Part shown: piece by piece, positions 38,396 through 51,103 of the stretch
Position numbering within the stretch: position 1 is the stretch's first letter
How the letters are laid out: every line of letters begins with the position of its first letter
From: Neodothiora populina
Lineage: Eukaryota
Assembly: GCF_041146345.1 (NCBI RefSeq)
Contig: NW_027191404.1
Location: 248,001-312,000, forward strand
Reading direction: 5' to 3'
DNA length: 64,000 nucleotides
The notes under the pieces: model-generated
What the model was told of the DNA's origin: nothing
The model's database searches: none
What the model saw: only the letters and a program-made list of their open reading frames with translations
Translations under genes and position numbers: made by a program

Positions 38396-39062
38396 TGGCC
38401 GTGCCAGCCACGGACGGTCTAAAACAGAGCCAGAGCCATCCGGGTCCAGCGAGCAGGAAAGGCCGGGCCGTACAGAACCAAGCCCTTTAATTCGGCCTCC
38501 GTCAGGTGCAAGACTTGGCTCGAAAAAAGGCCAAGCTTCGAAGATAGGTATGTAGAGCGAGAGAAGGCGTTCGGCAGGCGGCAGTTGCATTGCGGGGTGG
38601 GCGAGACGAGTACTGCGAGGAGCGAAGTGAGGATCGAGCATGGAGACAGGGGTCGCGCTCCAAGAGCCTGCTGGCTGACCGACTGGCTGGCTGGCTGGCT
38701 TTGTTGGGGTTCGAAGACGCGTAGTCCAAGGGCAAGGTATGCTTGCTTGCTCGCTGGCTTCGTGTGATTAGGAAAGGAAACTGCAGCGCGACGCAGCAGG
38801 CCGCGTCATGCACGTGCGTCTGCTTTTGGCGGTGCGATCCCCGGAGAGGCTTCGAACCCGTCTTTTTGTCTATCCATGACAGCCTGAGTTCCCCGGAGAT
38901 CATAGCTCGTATGATCAGAGAGGCTCATGCAGATTGGGAGGAGAAGACAAGGAAAGGAAAAAGAGAAAATTGAATCTGGCATGCCGCACCAGTCGATTTG
39001 TTTCCTTTTCTGCTTTTCCTCGTCTCTTCATGGCTTGGCCCTTCTCTTGAACCTTCGTTGCC

Positions 39063-40391
39063 TCAATCGGGACACATGGCTCTCTCGATGACTTTCATGG
39101 TGCGATTTGCCTTGACGAGTAGGAACCTTGCCATTTCGCCGTCGCCTTTGCCCGCATGGCTCCTCCGCGCGGCAATGGCAAGATAGTTCTTTCTTTCCTT
39201 TTCATCGCCGCCCATGGCCAATGCTATGCCGGCGTACTTTAGTAATATCACATTAAGGATGATCCTGCACATTCTGCCGTTGCCACTGAGGAAAGGATGG
39301 ATGTTGACAAAGTGCGCAGAGGCGCTGGCGGCAATGTAGAAGGGGTCGAGTTCTTGCATTTTCTCTGCTTGGCGAATAGTCCCATTGAAGAGTCTGATGA
39401 ATTTGCGCATCATTTTCTTGACTTTTTGGTGAGGTGGGAATTTGAATGTGTTTGCGTAAACGTCTTCTTTCCGGTAGATGCCTGCGAACGTGGAACTTTT
39501 GGTGTTTTCGTCATTGACGTACAATTTGTCAATGTCGCGACATAGTATTTTGTGCGTCGACTTGATCAGACCTTCCGATAGTTCCTGTCCTTCGCCGACA
39601 AACTTGTTGGCCATGTAGCAGAAAGCCGCCATGTGGTTCACCACTTCGCGCCGACGGCGATAACGGGACTCTTCTACTTCGCTGCGGACAATGTACTCGA
39701 GGTGAGATTTGTATTCGTCGCTTTTGGGTGAGATGCCGGAATATATCAATCGCTCGTTTGCAAGGACGGCCTGACACAAAGTCAAATTCTCCCGAAAATT
39801 ACAACCAGTCTTGTCGACCAGGTTCGAGCCATAGACTGCCATTGTCATGCCTCTGGCTATGAGGCCTTGCAATTTGGTTCCATATGCATTATCTCGAGTA
39901 TCATATAGGCGACTTCTGATCCGGCACAGGCACTGTACGGTATCTTCAAACACATTGCGTATGCTTTTTAGATGCGGTTCATTGTAGCCGGGAACATTAG
40001 GTTCAATTCTTAGATTGAAATGCAAAGGTTGTGGAGGTTCAATGCGATGGCCCACGACACAAAATCTACGACGATGGCGAAGTGTGTTCCATTGGGGCCA
40101 TTCGATTAATTCTGGTCGTCCCGGCTCCCGGGAGCGACTTCGTCTTCTGAGTTTCTTTTCCGACAGCGAGCTTGAAGTTTCTCGTTTCAGCCTTTTCTTT
40201 TCCTGTACCTGCACCTGTTTTGGCTGATCTTTGATTTCGATATTTTCTTTTGTTGGTGCAGCTGACGGTGGAGTGACTACGACGACATTTTCAACTGCGC
40301 CAGCAGGCTGCTGCTCCTGCTGCAGCTGGTCGGCCATCTTGGGATAGGTCGGAGTCTCACGTCGCGGGACTGACGCTGCAGCGGCCCCCAT
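39063..40391 (-). CDS. Fic/DOC (fido) domain protein
   Basis: HFVNIHPFLSGNGRMCRIILN matches the Fic motif HPFxxGNGRxxR; IKSTHKIL..AGIYR upstream elements; intronless; start at ATG 40391 or 40337. Confidence 0.88.
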   Translation of the reverse strand: MGAAAASVPRRETPTYPKMADQLQQEQQPAGAVENVVVVTPPSAAPTKENIEIKDQPKQVQVQEKKRLKRETSSSLSEKKLRRRSRSREPGRPELIEWPQWNTLRHRRRFCVVGHRIEPPQPLHFNLRIEPNVPGYNEPHLKSIRNVFEDTVQCLCRIRSRLYDTRDNAYGTKLQGLIARGMTMAVYGSNLVDKTGCNFRENLTLCQAVLANERLIYSGISPKSDEYKSHLEYIVRSEVEESRYRRRREVVNHMAAFCYMANKFVGEGQELSEGLIKSTHKILCRDIDKLYVNDENTKSSTFAGIYRKEDVYANTFKFPPHQKVKKMMRKFIRLFNGTIRQAEKMQELDPFYIAASASAHFVNIHPFLSGNGRMCRIILNVILLKYAGIALAMGGDEKERKNYLAIAARRSHAGKGDGEMARFLLVKANRTMKVIERAMCPD

Positions 40392-41731
40392 AAATACAAG
40401 CACAAGTAGGCGACAATCTTAAAGATCAACACCTCGCTTGATTCGTGTAGGAGGTAAGTGAATATGAATGAAGAGCAAGGAAATGAACGAAAGGCACGGA
40501 GTCTTTTCAGACCCGTGGTTTGTCACGACAAGACACGTCGGCATAGGTACGCATGACAAGGGGAGGGGGGATGGGTCAACCACACCGAACCACCCTATGA
40601 TGCATCCTCGCAGCAGGACGCATGCAGGCCCCCACGCTTATTACCTGCATAAGCCTCGCGCTTACTTTCTTTAACATCCCTACATGGCTTACAATAGCAA
40701 CTTATCCTGGGATCATTAGAAAGTGAGAATACGTCAGTCGGATCTTTGGCCGCGTATATTGGGCAAGAAAAAGACGGGACGCTTGGCGGTCCGAGAAAAG
40801 TTTGGCCAGCAAGTTGCGGGTATTATTCATGAGACGGATGAGATTGTAAGGTGCACCTTCGGCGTATCTTTGGGATCCTTGACATATTGTGTCGTGGGTA
40901 GGCTGCGAAAAGTATCTTACCTTACCTACGGCACGCGCGAGCCTTGTTGCGTATCCCAACTCCCGCACCATACAGAGGCAAGGGCCTCAAGTTGATGATT
41001 GGCTCGCGATCATCCTGCTACGGTTGGATCTACAATCTGACATTGCAGCAACATCCGCACTTCGCCGAACAGAGTTTTGTCCTAAATAGCAATTAGCATC
41101 CCTCGATGCCCTCCTCCCCTATCCCATCGCTCAAACTCTCCCCCGTTTTGCGGGGCCTTCCATACACGATCGTGGAGAGGCGGCGATGAAGCCAAGAATG
41201 GAAACATGAATGAGGTACGGATACGAGCGCCTAGGGCGTTGACCAAGTGAAAACGTCCGTTTCGGATTGCTCCCCGCGAAGGCGGCCACTACAACGGCTA
41301 CTTCGCGGTACCTTGCATCATTTTTCGCTTGTGAGTCCGCTCGGACACCGATGGATTGACACAAATCACTCCTTCACCAATTTCAGGTCGTATCGTGCTA
41401 ATCGCGCGTGTTCTTAGTTCTTATCTCTTCTTATCGATCAAATCCCCCGCTCTGTAAAGTGAAAAGCGGGGAGAGACGATATGCCGTTTCAATCCTTCCC
41501 AAGCCCAAGCCCATTCTTGAGACAGATACTGCACAGTTTACTGATAGGGCGTCTTGAGCGGCCGCCGGGCTGCTCAATGGGATAGATATGCTATGGGACT
41601 GCTATATAACCAAATTTATATGACCACTATCCCATGCGTATCTGCGATCAGTCCTACGTGTTTCACTTTGCACCGCCATTTGCCAACACACAAGCACATC
41701 ACTCTATAGTATCAGGGGACTAACCCGGAAC

Positions 41732-43129
41732 ATGCTGCTCCACTCATTTAGGGCCGTACAGCCCCTCAGGTATGGTCGTGTAGTTCGACGTACATATTCA
41801 GACCTCAACGCTCCGACAGCACAGAAGCTCCGAATCAACGGCGATCGACTATGGTGAGCGAATCTTCCGAAAACACATAACATCTGGATCGTATCTGAAC
41901 CGCGATGTAGGAACGATATTCACAAAACGGCGGAATGGTCAGGTCCTTCCCCTGGTGGCCTGTCCCGACTATCTGGTACCGAAGATGACCGTAAGGTCCG
42001 CGACTGGTTCCGAGAGCAAGTCCGATCGCTGGGTGCCAAAACTTACACTGTGAACGCAACGGGCTCCCAGTTTGCAACATTTGAAGGCGAGGATAACAGC
42101 ATTCCGCCTATCGCAATGGGCTCGCATCTCGATAGTGTGGCGACGGGCGGACGCTTTGATGGTCCACTCGGCGTCATTGGTGCATTGGAGGTTATGAGAA
42201 GCATGAAAGAGCAGGACATCAAAACTCGCGCGCCCATAGCGCTGATAAACTGGACGAACGAGGAGGGTGCTCGTTTCTTCCCCCCGCTCGGTTCCAGTTG
42301 CGTCTATGCCGGCCAAAGCTCAGTCGATGCTGCTCATATGTCAATGGCAAATAACGGGTCTGGCGAGACACTCGGCGCAGCTTTGCAAAGCATTGGATAT
42401 ATGGGAGATGGTCCTAACACAATCGAGGAGTTCCCAATATCAGCACACTTCGAAATCCATGTCGAGCAAGCAACATCTCTCGAGAAGGCTGGCAAGCCAG
42501 TAGGGTGGGTGGAAAACTGGCAAGGCATCTCTGTCTTTGAGTTGACCTTCAAAGGTGAGGACGGCCATGCAAACACTTACCCTATGCAGGGCCGCCAAGA
42601 CACGCTTGTTGGAGCTTCGAAACTCATCTGCGAGCTGGACCAACTAGCATACGATGCAGGCGGGTATACGACAGCAACAAACATCCAGTCGGGTCCCGTG
42701 GGCTGCTGCAATATCCAGAGTTGGACAAAGGTTGTGTTTTGCTTGATGCACCAGCAGCTTGCAGGTCTAGAAGGCATGGGTATCGTCATCGCTGGTAAAG
42801 CAAAGGACATTGCTGCTAAGCATGGTCTGGAGCTCGAGGTCAACAGGATCATGCACCTCGAGCCTGGCAATTTCTGGCCTGAAGCAATTGATTGCGTCAA
42901 GCGAGCATGTGGTGACAAGGGTATCGCGAGTCGGACTGACACAGCGCATGACTCGACGATGACTCGATTAGTCTGTCCTACAGCTATGGTGTTCGCCAGA
43001 GCAAAGGATGGCATCAGTCACTGCGCCAAAGAGTGGACGAGCAAAGAAGATTGCGCGGAGAGCGCGCTGGTTCTGGGCAAGGCTGTGCTGAACTACGACC
43101 AGCTACTCAAGGATCAGGCAGGCCTTTAG
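41732..43129 (+). CDS. Peptidase M20-family amidohydrolase (N-carbamoyl-L-amino acid hydrolase / beta-ureidopropionase / allantoate amidohydrolase-like)
   Basis: LRINGDRLW, GSHLDSVATGGRFDGPLGV, WTNEEGARF, FEIHVEQ, GHA, AHDS, GISHCAKE; intron 41854-41910; mitochondrial-like presequence. Confidence 0.92.
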
Positions 43130-44467
43130 GGACAACGTTCGAATCATGTTCCCCGTCTCTTTTGAAAGTGTAACTCACTGAGAGTCAAGAACATAGGCGC
43201 GTCGTCTTCTCGGTGAAACGGAGAATTGTGAACCAATGACTTATGAGGTTGGGAAAAAGACAGGGTGCAACAGCGCGAACAGCCCAAGTAAACCACTGAA
43301 TCATGATACCTTGAGTGCGTTACACTATCTTGCTATATAGCACATAGCACCGAGAGCAGCTCTGTAAGGGTACAGACCCAAGTTATCATACGTACCGAGG
43401 TTCATCGCAGCGACTCGTCGCGTCGAAGGTTGCTCACATGACCATCTGTGTTAAGAGTCGAATGCGCGGAAGTCCGCCCTAGAAGATGCGCTACGGGTAG
43501 CTAGTCGTCGACTTCAAGCTAATTCGAGCGACCCTGGACTCGTGTCTGTTCTTGAAACGGGCAGCTGCAGATGACTGGCGACGTGCAATGCGAAACAATA
43601 TCCCACTCTAGTTGCGCAGATCCTGTACACAAGTTGCAATGATACCCTCCTCTACGACTCGCTGAACTAACAGAAGCATACGGACATGATGAGGCAGCTG
43701 ATGGTCTAATATACCACCGTATACAGAGACCGGAGCGATCGTCACGAGCTATTCACTAGCACGCACCGACACTGAGGCACAGTATAGCCTTGGGTTTAGC
43801 CGGCACCAGTCCGAATATTAGCTGTCTTGCCTTACTCCGCCCATACATTTTCGGACTGCTTATGGGGGAGATCCGATGCATTTTGGCACAGCATCTAGGT
43901 AAACCATGGTAAGGTATGGATAGGGCGTCGACTATGCCGACGTGTTAATTTCCTTTGATTCACACACGGCGGAGTTTTGTCGCCATCTGAAAATCTCCCT
44001 TTCTTTACAATCATTTATTTCCTTTCGTTTGAACAATAGTGACATAAGAATCCTTTTCCACGTGGTTCATTCCCGAATCGTTGTTGGAAAACGCTCATCG
44101 TCTGAACCGTCGAAGTTCTGAAACTTAATTTCCGGATCTATACCAATAGCATGGCCCCTGAGTGAGATCGAGGAGTGACTCTGATGCTGCTGAAAGCTGG
44201 TGCAGGATCCCACGACATCTTATGGTGGGCATCTCGCGTTGTGTATCGCTCCCAAGACCATTGTCGGGCCTCGATTCGGTGTCGTTAGTCTTCCTGCAGG
44301 CTGCCAACGTTGCTGCAGCCTGGCGGCCGACAACCTCCAGTCCGAAATCGCAGTCTGGTTGTGCAGCGGAAGCGTGTGAAGATACTCTCCAATTAGACAA
44401 CAAGTTTGACGTCGGCATCCCTGTCAGCTAAACCCTGCAAAACAGGGTCGGATCCACGCGAACTCCA

Positions 44468-44751
44468 ATGGCAGCGTTCTCGTCTGATTTCTACGACACA
44501 GCTGTCACTCACAGTCATGGCTACAGTTTCGTTTCGCCCTTGATGTCTCGCGCCGAGTCTGTCGTGAGCGACGGCCGGTCCTCAATAGTATCTAGCATGA
44601 CAGCCAATGCACCCACTTACCTGACAAATGTCCGACCTCTGCCTGAATACATATCGCCTGTCAATGCATCGCAGGTTGCGACCGAGTCTCAATACTCACG
44701 TAGGGGCTCAGTGTCTGGAGACGAGGATGAGGACGAGAATGGTGTTGACGA

Positions 44752-44784
<33 letters not shown>

Positions 44785-47700
44785 AAATGCACTCGACCGG
44801 AATCGAGAAGGTCGCGTCGCCGTCGCCGAGGGCGCCATCTTACTCGTGAACGCGTTCTTAGACAAGCTCCTCTATGATTTTCTGGCAACCGCTCGGTCCA
44901 CAAGCTTATTAGCCCTAAGACCAGCTGTTGCAGATATATTAAAGAAGAATCTAGCTCGAGATGCCATCTCCCGCGCCGAAGCAAACCTCCAAGACCTGCT
45001 TGCGCTGCAGGACAGCGACGACGACGACAACGACGAATATGCAGAGCGACCGCAAACGCCGAAAGAGTCGGCGAGATGGAACTTGGAGTTTATCTGGAAA
45101 CGGACACGACTGCGCGTCATGATGCGCAGCGACAAGAGCGAGTTTGATATTGATGATGATGAGCGATACGTTTCAGAAGAAGGCTTATTACTCGGACGCC
45201 GCTCGTCTCAGACGACTGTTATCTCCTTATCTGCTGAGATCTTCCTTGCTGGCGTGCTTGACTTTGTTGCTGAGCAGCTGCTGTCATTTGCGTCAACTAG
45301 TGCAGCTGTGCGCACGCGGCGACAAGGCTTCAATGCGGGAGTTGACCATGCTCGGCACGCAGGAGGACACATCCTGATAGGGGAGTCTGATGTAGAAAAG
45401 GCTGCATTGAACTCTTCTATGGAGCGTCTCTGGCGAGGCTGGCGCAGATCCACTAGATCTCGAGGCCTCAGCACCGGTCGCCGCTCCTCCAGAAGCTTCA
45501 CTGGTAGTCCAATCGCAACTCGTCGCACGAGTCTTGGTGGACCCCTTACTGAAGGTGTCGCCACGCCGAGTATCCCAGACATGAACCATCCTGAGCATGT
45601 CATCGCGGCAAACATCCCGATTCCAACCTCGTCGAGGGAAACTGCCGAGATAGAGACACCATGGCTTGCGCGAGACCCGGATGAAAAAGTACCGCAGGAC
45701 CACGTCACAAACAATCGCGTGAACCATCGCCCAGTCAAAAGTCTGAACAATTTCTCCTACTTCAGGCCTGTCAGACCTCTTTCGAGCCATGCAACACGCC
45801 CTTCAACCTCTCCTCAATTTCCCTTGGGGACCCCGTTCGTCGACGCGCCCGGCGCGTGGCCTGCAGAAACACCAGGCGAGGTGTCGACTGATGGAACCTT
45901 TCTTTCCGACACCCAGGCACGCGGGTCACCCATACCCACCGTGGACCCTTCTCAACTCGAACTGCCAGCTCCAGAATCCGAAATTACCCCAAGAATGGAC
46001 AACCACATTTGGCAGAGACATGACCGAGACGGCCCTTTGCCGGATGGCGACTCGACTTCTGCGTCCACCAATTGTGCTTCTAGGCCAGCCAATGGAGCGG
46101 CATGTCAAGAACCCAGCGAGTCGATAGCCACACGAAACAACGCCAGAGAAGTACGTCTTTCGGAGGAATTCAGACGCAAATCCATCGGCGACATGAAGTC
46201 ATTCATGCTGGGTCAGGACACAAAACAAGAATCGGAGAATGATGAGGAGGCTACCAACAGCACGTTCCCCGACAAGAACGGTCCACTAGCCACTGACCAT
46301 AATGAACAACGCCCCGAATCAAAAGCAAGCGCGCATACAGCTCACTCCTATACGCTCAATGACCGGTCCACGACTCTTGTGTCCCAGCACCGAGCGACAC
46401 CCCAGCACATGCCTAATCACGACTCTAGGTTTGACGAGGATGACGGACGAGAAGCCGCTCCTAGCCCAGTGGTGAGACCAGCTTCGCGTGATTTCTCTGG
46501 CCGCCCTATGTTCGAGGTCCCCTATGAAGATGCTATAACGCCGCGCAGAGTCGATCGTCCGCCGAATTTGACACTAGCGTCCAAATATAGTCCAGCCCGC
46601 AGCACAAAAGCGGGTTCGCAGGGATCAACCAGCCCCAGAGACTTTTTGGCAAGCAGAAACCTATCACCTCCGTCTTCTCCGTCTACATACTCCCCAAAAG
46701 AGCATTCCGCAAAGTCATCGGACCCGGTGCCGAGCCAAGCTCAAACTGGTGCTACCCCAGCTGAAACAGCGAGGGTTGCAGACGCTCCACAACCTGTCGC
46801 GAACGACTCCCCCCTCGCTGTGCAAGGCCTGGGAATCTCTCAGCAGACATCTGATGAATTAAAAAATCACAACAAAGCTTCCCCCCGACTGTATCAGTCC
46901 ATAACGGAGGAGTATGTCCATAATCGCGGAGCATCAAAGGTTCTCGACTCGGAAAGCTCAACCTCGAGTAGTAGGAGAAACAGTCTCAAGATTATCCCAG
47001 TGGAGAACAGAGGCGATATGGACGAGCCTAGCAAGTCTTCTATCAGTCTGACCAGGCTAACCAGCCCGACGATCACATCGCCTGAGGATTTCGACATGTT
47101 GGTGCAAAGTAATGATACCATCAAATATACTTTGACGCCCGAGACTGCTCGTGATGTACCAGTAAGTCAAGTCAAGTCAAGACAAGAGAAGTCAAGCCCA
47201 CATCAATACTGACAGCTGTCCAAAGGGCTCCGCTTTCACGCCTCAGGTGAAAATTGTTGCTCGTCCGCGAGGCAACGGGTCAAGGGAAAATATCAACTCA
47301 GCTGGATCAGGGAGAAAAAATGCACCGCCAGCGATTGATACGGATCTTGTAGGACCAAGACCTAGCCGTGGCGCCATGAAATCACCTTCCTCAGCATCGC
47401 TTCCGAAGGACAAGCAGAAGCAAATATTGAATGCACGAAAATCACCTGTCATTCGACCAGTTCCGAAGAACGCAAAGCCCACTGCCTATGGCCAGCTCGC
47501 CAGGGAACCTCAAGTGCAGACTTCGTCGACACGTGATTTTGCAGACTATATACGATCCACCGGCCCCGATAAAGAGCCTAACCCTTTCAACCCACTTCTT
47601 GCCTCCAGGAGCACGCAATCTTTACGTTCTCGAGCCAATTCCCAAGCGAACAGTGTGTCCGGTTCTGGCACAGGACAAACATTCAATGGCAACGAGAACG

Positions 47701-48956
47701 TGCCCCCTGTGCCTGCTATGCCGACATCTGCTGCAGCACATGCGAAGAGGAGCAATTCTATGAGTACTCCTAGTATGAAACACTCTCCCGTGACTCGCTA
47801 TGCCGGAACGCCGCGCGAAGGAAAAGGTTCTGTCAGCGGAAGTAATAACGCTGAGCTTATTGACTTCATACGGAATGGTCCACCAAATAAAGATGGAAAT
47901 CGCATACCCCGCAATATCGCGCCGTTTCATGACACCACTGATGATGATGAGGTGAATTATAACGGGCAGAGCTTTGACGTTAGATCTGGGCCCAACGAGT
48001 CTACCTTCTCTGCTTCTGTGCAAAGCAACTCAGCTTCGAACGGACACCCAAGTTTTCGCCCAAATACGGGCGCCTCAGCCAGCTACTCGAGCCAGCCCCC
48101 TTCTGCAAGAAGTTCCACAAACTCGCAAGCCAGGTTGTTACCTAGCGGAAGTGGTAGCACAGCTACAGTAACAGCTCACCAACCCGCGCATCCTACTCAG
48201 CCCGCTCATCTGAATATTCCTGGCGGCGGAGGACCCATCGGCATGGTCGAACGCAAGCGCCATCGTAACAAGGACCCATATCACATCGACGATTCAGAGG
48301 ATGAAGATTATCTCACAGCGTTGCCTCGAGACCGACGTCCTGAGGAAAGCTTGATGGACTTCTTACGCAACAGCGAGCCTCCCTCCGACAACGCGCCTAA
48401 ACCTCTTGCAGCCGCTGGACAGTCACAAGCACGGGCAATGCTAAATAAAGCTCGCGCCGATTCAGTAAACAGCCTTCGTGCAGCAACAGCGCCCTCTGAA
48501 ACGACGACGCCTCAACAGCCCAACCACAAGGGCAAAGCTTCAGTGACATCTACCATGTCTCCAGTATCTCCAATAAGCCCAATAGACGAAGCGGGGAGTG
48601 TTTCGCCATCCCTTGAGTCACGCATCTCCAACACGACGATGAGACCAGCTCAGATAACATCACAGATTTCGTCTGCTGGTAGCATACCACGCAACCCAAA
48701 TCGTGCGAAGATGCAGGTACGTGAAGCAGGAGATTCACGCAAAACCGCACGACTCGGTGCTCAGGAGAATGGACGATCCGAGACTAGTGATTTGGCGGAC
48801 TTCTTTCGAAACTACGAGCCTCCCCAGAGCTCTGGCCCCAAACCTATCATTAATAACAGTGCGCCGGCGCCCGTTGTCGGTATGACTGGACAAAGAACCG
48901 AAAAGAGAAAGGGCATAAAATTCTGGAAGAAGAAGACTTACTTGGATATGCCTTGA
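44468..48956 (+). CDS. Large (~1474 aa) mostly disordered fungal protein with an N-terminal histone-fold-like helical region and four DFxR-PP repeats
   Basis: Two long ORFs joined in frame by intron 47162-47225 (GTAAGT..CTGAC..AAG). Confidence 0.85.
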
Positions 48957-51103
48957 GTCTCTTCCATCGCCCTAGCATCTCATGACATTTTACTTTTCAT
49001 CTGTCAGGAATTACTTTCATGTTCTCACAAATTTGATACAGATTTCAGCCATCAACTTTCTATCTATGTTTCGATTGCTTGTCTGATGGACCACAGATTC
49101 TTGAAAAAGCCTCAGCGTGTCTGTTCTACATACCCACACACTACCAGTGACTTTTCCTGTTCTCGCAGCTTTATCATAAATACACAGGCACATGGGCGCT
49201 TTCACATTTTCGTCAGGTATCATCATTATACTGCATTTCTTACAACACATTATTATATACTCCTAAAAGTTACATCATCTGCCATCATCGTTCTCTTGAC
49301 TCCCTTGCCTCACCTAATGCAGCCAGTGTAAAAGTTTCAGAAGAACCTCACTCAGGTTGCCTGTAATTGGCAGTGGACTCGCGATCTGTTGATACGAAGT
49401 GATAAATGAGCCTCGCTTCTTCAAAGCACAGACGCTGTCTCGATCGAGCGCCCACTCGTGCTCGTGCCCTTCGGATTCTCGATCTCTAAGACAACTTCCC
49501 CACAGCTGCTGCTTTTCTGTTCTTGATCTACCACAGAATCTGTTGATCGGTTATGGTACGCTCGAATTTATTCTTCGTTTTACCGAAGTCTTCATCGTAG
49601 TGCTTACAGGTCATCTCCCACACTTAAACCCATCCATATATCAGCATTGAGAGTACCACAGGTCAATACACAAGTCAAAAGGTCGTGCTCCTAAAATGAC
49701 ATGCGGATCGCGAACCAAAGCATGTACTGTAGCATCAACCTCGTAACTTGACCTAGCCGACAAAGCTGTTAAGCTACGTGCTCACACGTGGGTTCGATGC
49801 CTGTCCTGTCAGAGCATCAAACCTTGTTTGTGTCTTAGAAGGCGCGAGTCAGTCCTCAAACACTGGCGGCGTCGAAAAACCTCGTTGCCGTCCGGTAGGT
49901 TTCTGTATTCTTCCTCATTCTCCCAAATTTCCTCACAGCCCTGAAGTTTCTCATCTCTCTCTCTACTACGTCAACACATCGGTCCAAGCACAAGGTCATT
50001 GCTTCGGCAGCATTACGCATGCTGTCAAATGGTATCTCGTGTGATGAATAGGCTCAAGAGCTAAGATCCTGTTAATGCCCGGAGCAATGGAACCGATCCT
50101 CCTGGGTTTCTACTGCTCGTCTACTGTATAGGTTTTTTCGGGTAATTGCAAAGCACATCACGACAAATTAGCGATCGACGAGGAGCACCTATCGCGTAAT
50201 GGTAAACCTTCCAGAAAACCGGTTCATACTTCGTCACAGGAAAGCTCGCACCATGATGCTGTTCTACCACGTCTTGTTGACTTTTGCTCCATGGCTCGTC
50301 CCCACTCGTCGCAACTTATGCTTTGGACCTCTTGTCTGTCAGTGGCACGATTGGTGCATATCTACGTCACAAAGAGCGCATCCAGAGTGTCTTTGCGCCT
50401 ATTCGGGATTCAACGCAGCAGATGGACCGACTTGCCCCTGTCGTGCTGTGCAGAGGCTGGTAAACATGCATGGACAGGGACCTTTGACTCGACCAACATC
50501 CGTTGGCGGTACTTGACAAAGTTCGAAACAGCGACACAATCGTCTCCCGGGTTCGACACTCCTGCCGCGCGGACTGCCGTGTGCAGACAGTGTTCTTTGT
50601 ATAGATCCATCCCAAGCATTGGACCGAGCACAATAAACCGAAGAGATCCTACAGAGAGCCGTCCAGATATCTGACAAGGTACGACCGCTCGCTAAGATCG
50701 TCTCCCCAGCAGCGATGCGCTCGCCACTTGTAGGCTCGAGCAACGATTGTGATAGACCCATGGTATTGCGACAGCCCGATGACAATAGTGTGCATCGACC
50801 ATCAACACAAACAAGGTAGGTTATGTTTTAAGATAGATTCGCATCTGCGAATCGGTGCATTATTCCCTGTGCTCCAAAATTCAGTCTTGCCTCGCTACCC
50901 TCTACCTTCGTCACAGTCCCAACCGGCGTATCAAACCCTGTCTTCGACCTCGGAACAGGTATAAAACATTGCCCTATCTTTATCATATTGTAATCTCGTC
51001 AACACTACCATCCAGAGTGAGCACCGGAAGTACTAGACCAATTCATGCGTTCTGCTCCTGACATCTACTTGTGTACTCCGCCCTTGGACAAACCGACCCT
51101 GAT

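Noticed and set aside
38293..38760. Short repeats as a possible CRISPR array or mobile element
   Set aside because: Only degenerate 4-5 nt microsatellites; no spacers, TIRs, LTRs or transposase; eukaryotic context.
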